This document shows, one piece after another, positions 62,448 through 64,000 of a DNA stretch of 64,000 bases (the first letter of the stretch is position 1; every line of letters starts with the position of its first letter). Position numbers and translations under genes: made by a program. The stretch is from contig JAYWIR010000096.1 of the NCBI GenBank assembly GCA_036172245.1, positions 1 to 64,000 of the forward strand, written 5' to 3'. The notes beneath the pieces were generated by a model. That model searched no databases. It was not told the DNA's origin and saw only the letters and a program-made list of their open reading frames with translations. Source of the stretch: Raillietiella orientalis (lineage: Eukaryota).

Positions 62448-63928
62448 CTTAGCGATCGCGAGAGGCGCTGCCTCTTCCAGATCGGAGGGTTCGCGCGTTG
62501 CCTTTGCGACCGTTGGGGGCACTGCTGTAGCGGTTGTGCTCGCCCTAGCAGTTTCTTCCTTGGCCGCAGTAGGCGCTGCGTCCGCGCGCGAGGACTGCGG
62601 GTTTGCCGGCTGTTTCTTCGCGGCACTCGGTGCCTGGGGCACCTTGGCCGCGGTAGCTTCAGACGGCTCGGTGTTCTTTGCCCGCGGGAGCGTTTTTCCC
62701 GTATCGGGCGAACGACCGCATTCCGCGCCGCTCGTCGAGGCCTTGGTACGAGGCTTCGCGGTCGTGATGCCGACAGTAGGAGGCTTTTTGACCTTCGGTA
62801 CAATGTCTCCTGCATTCAACAATTGGCTGCGAGGTCTCGTAGAAAGGTCGCATACTTCGCAAGCTTTCTTCGAATCGATAGCCGGAGGCTTTGCCGCGAC
62901 AACTTTTTTCGTTTTTCACCCCTATTTTGTCGGTGCAAGAAACAGTTTTCTGCACGTGAGTGGTCGCGGTTTTCGCAACGCTTTTCGAAGCTTTGATGTT
63001 TCTTTCTCTTGATTCGCGGCGATTATTCCGCGATGCGGAACGCGATTCGTTCCTGTGCTCTTCGTTTTTTAAAAGGAGCTCCGGGCACGTTCCTTTTCTG
63101 TGCCGGTGCACGTGGCAGTAACGGCAAGCGCCCAAGGGACACTTCGTAATACGGTGACCCTCCTGCCCGTATTCCGCGCGCACGCACGTTTGCCCGGCAA
63201 ACCACAGGTAGACGGTCATTCCATCCACCTGCAGTCGCGTGGGCATTGCACGGCAATCCGTCATCGTCACTCGCACTTGCGCGAGCCCGCTTTGGTGGTC
63301 TTCGATCCCTTCAGCAGGGTTTGGCAGCCTCGAAAGCGCGTGAACGGTAGGTAATTTTTCAAGGGCCTCCACGACCACGCGGCCCGAAATGCCCTTACAC
63401 ACTCCACTGAGCCGGACAACAAACGACTGGTCCGTTGTGACAGTGAGTATTGCCTGCCCACGAATAAGCGGTTGCGTGTGCAGCAAACGCTGCGTGAGAA
63501 GAGCGTCCTTACTGGACACCTCCCAGTAGCCGCACCCACTCATGGGCATGATGGACTCTAGTTGGCCTTTTTGAACTCCAATCCGTTGAGTTCCTGGCCA
63601 AACTCGCGCCCAACCCGCTCAGGCATAAGGACACTAACCTCATACCTGAGTGCAGGAGTGTAGCCATTTGCTACATACGCCTGAAGCTCAGGGATGTCGG
63701 GCGAAGGTCCCATTGTAGCCGGGAGGGCAGCGACCTAAGCGAATGTCCTCGCCGACGGCGAGTACAGAGGCTCCTTGCTTGCACCCAAAGCAGCCATCTC
63801 AGGAGCAGGTGGCGTTCCCTTCTTGCGGCTCATGTTCTTCTTTGCTCCCATTGCAGCACAGAAGCACAGCGGAACAAAAACACACAAGAGGCAATCTACC
63901 TCGGAGCGACGCAAAAACACGTCCGTAC
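62448..63928 (-). mobile_element. Family I 5' portion (5' end + disrupted ORF1)
   Basis: GGACGTGTTTTTG head at 63924; homologous to 6155-6962; CRYCHVHRHRKGTC. Confidence 0.9.
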
Positions 63929-64000
63929 GCGACCGTCGCTGATGCGTGTGACGGGAGGTGTTCCCGCTTATTTTCGCTCAGCAAAGGAGCGGCTCCTGCC
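63929..64000 (+). mobile_element. Start of another RT N-terminal fragment, continuing beyond the window
   Basis: SLMRVTGGVPAYFRSAKERLLP. Confidence 0.75.

Noticed and set aside
1..64000. LTR, DIRS, Penelope, group II intron, retron or DGR interpretation of the RTs
   Set aside because: N-terminal APE endonuclease, QGDSLSP/YADD/YLGV RT and C-terminal CCHC are L1/Tx1-like; no LTRs, integrase, recombinase, GIY-YIG or template/variable repeat pair.

Overview
Eukaryotic DNA with no recognisable host gene. Essentially the whole 64 kb is a mosaic of about 30 fragments of L1/Tx1-type non-LTR retrotransposons (ORF1 with two CCHC knuckles; ORF2 = APE endonuclease + RT with YADD + C-terminal CCHC) from roughly 9-10 related families. 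Labels A-K below are my own, assigned by eye. Almost every junction is a precise element terminus: a 5' (GNGY)GGACGTGTTTT head, or a 3' AATAAA-like signal plus a CCGG-N5-CCGG stem-loop with no poly(A) tail. Most termini (18 of 25 by my count) abut another LINE in antisense. Several families recur at the same nucleotide of a conserved coding motif in other LINEs: family A at RT motif DLxKAFD (4 junctions, implied 15-bp TSD), C at ECSxPxxV, E at PPGFGEG and I at LMRxTGDV. This looks like a community of LINEs that site-specifically target one another, building a TE-only locus (candidate centromere or small-RNA source). Other signals: TAATG/TGATG stop-start coupling versus non-AUG ORF2 starts, a shortened endonuclease, mini-elements that keep both termini, and head-to-tail joins. 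Nearly all copies are truncated or disrupted. Junction coordinates are good to a few bp. Most short ORFs in the supplied track are shadow frames.
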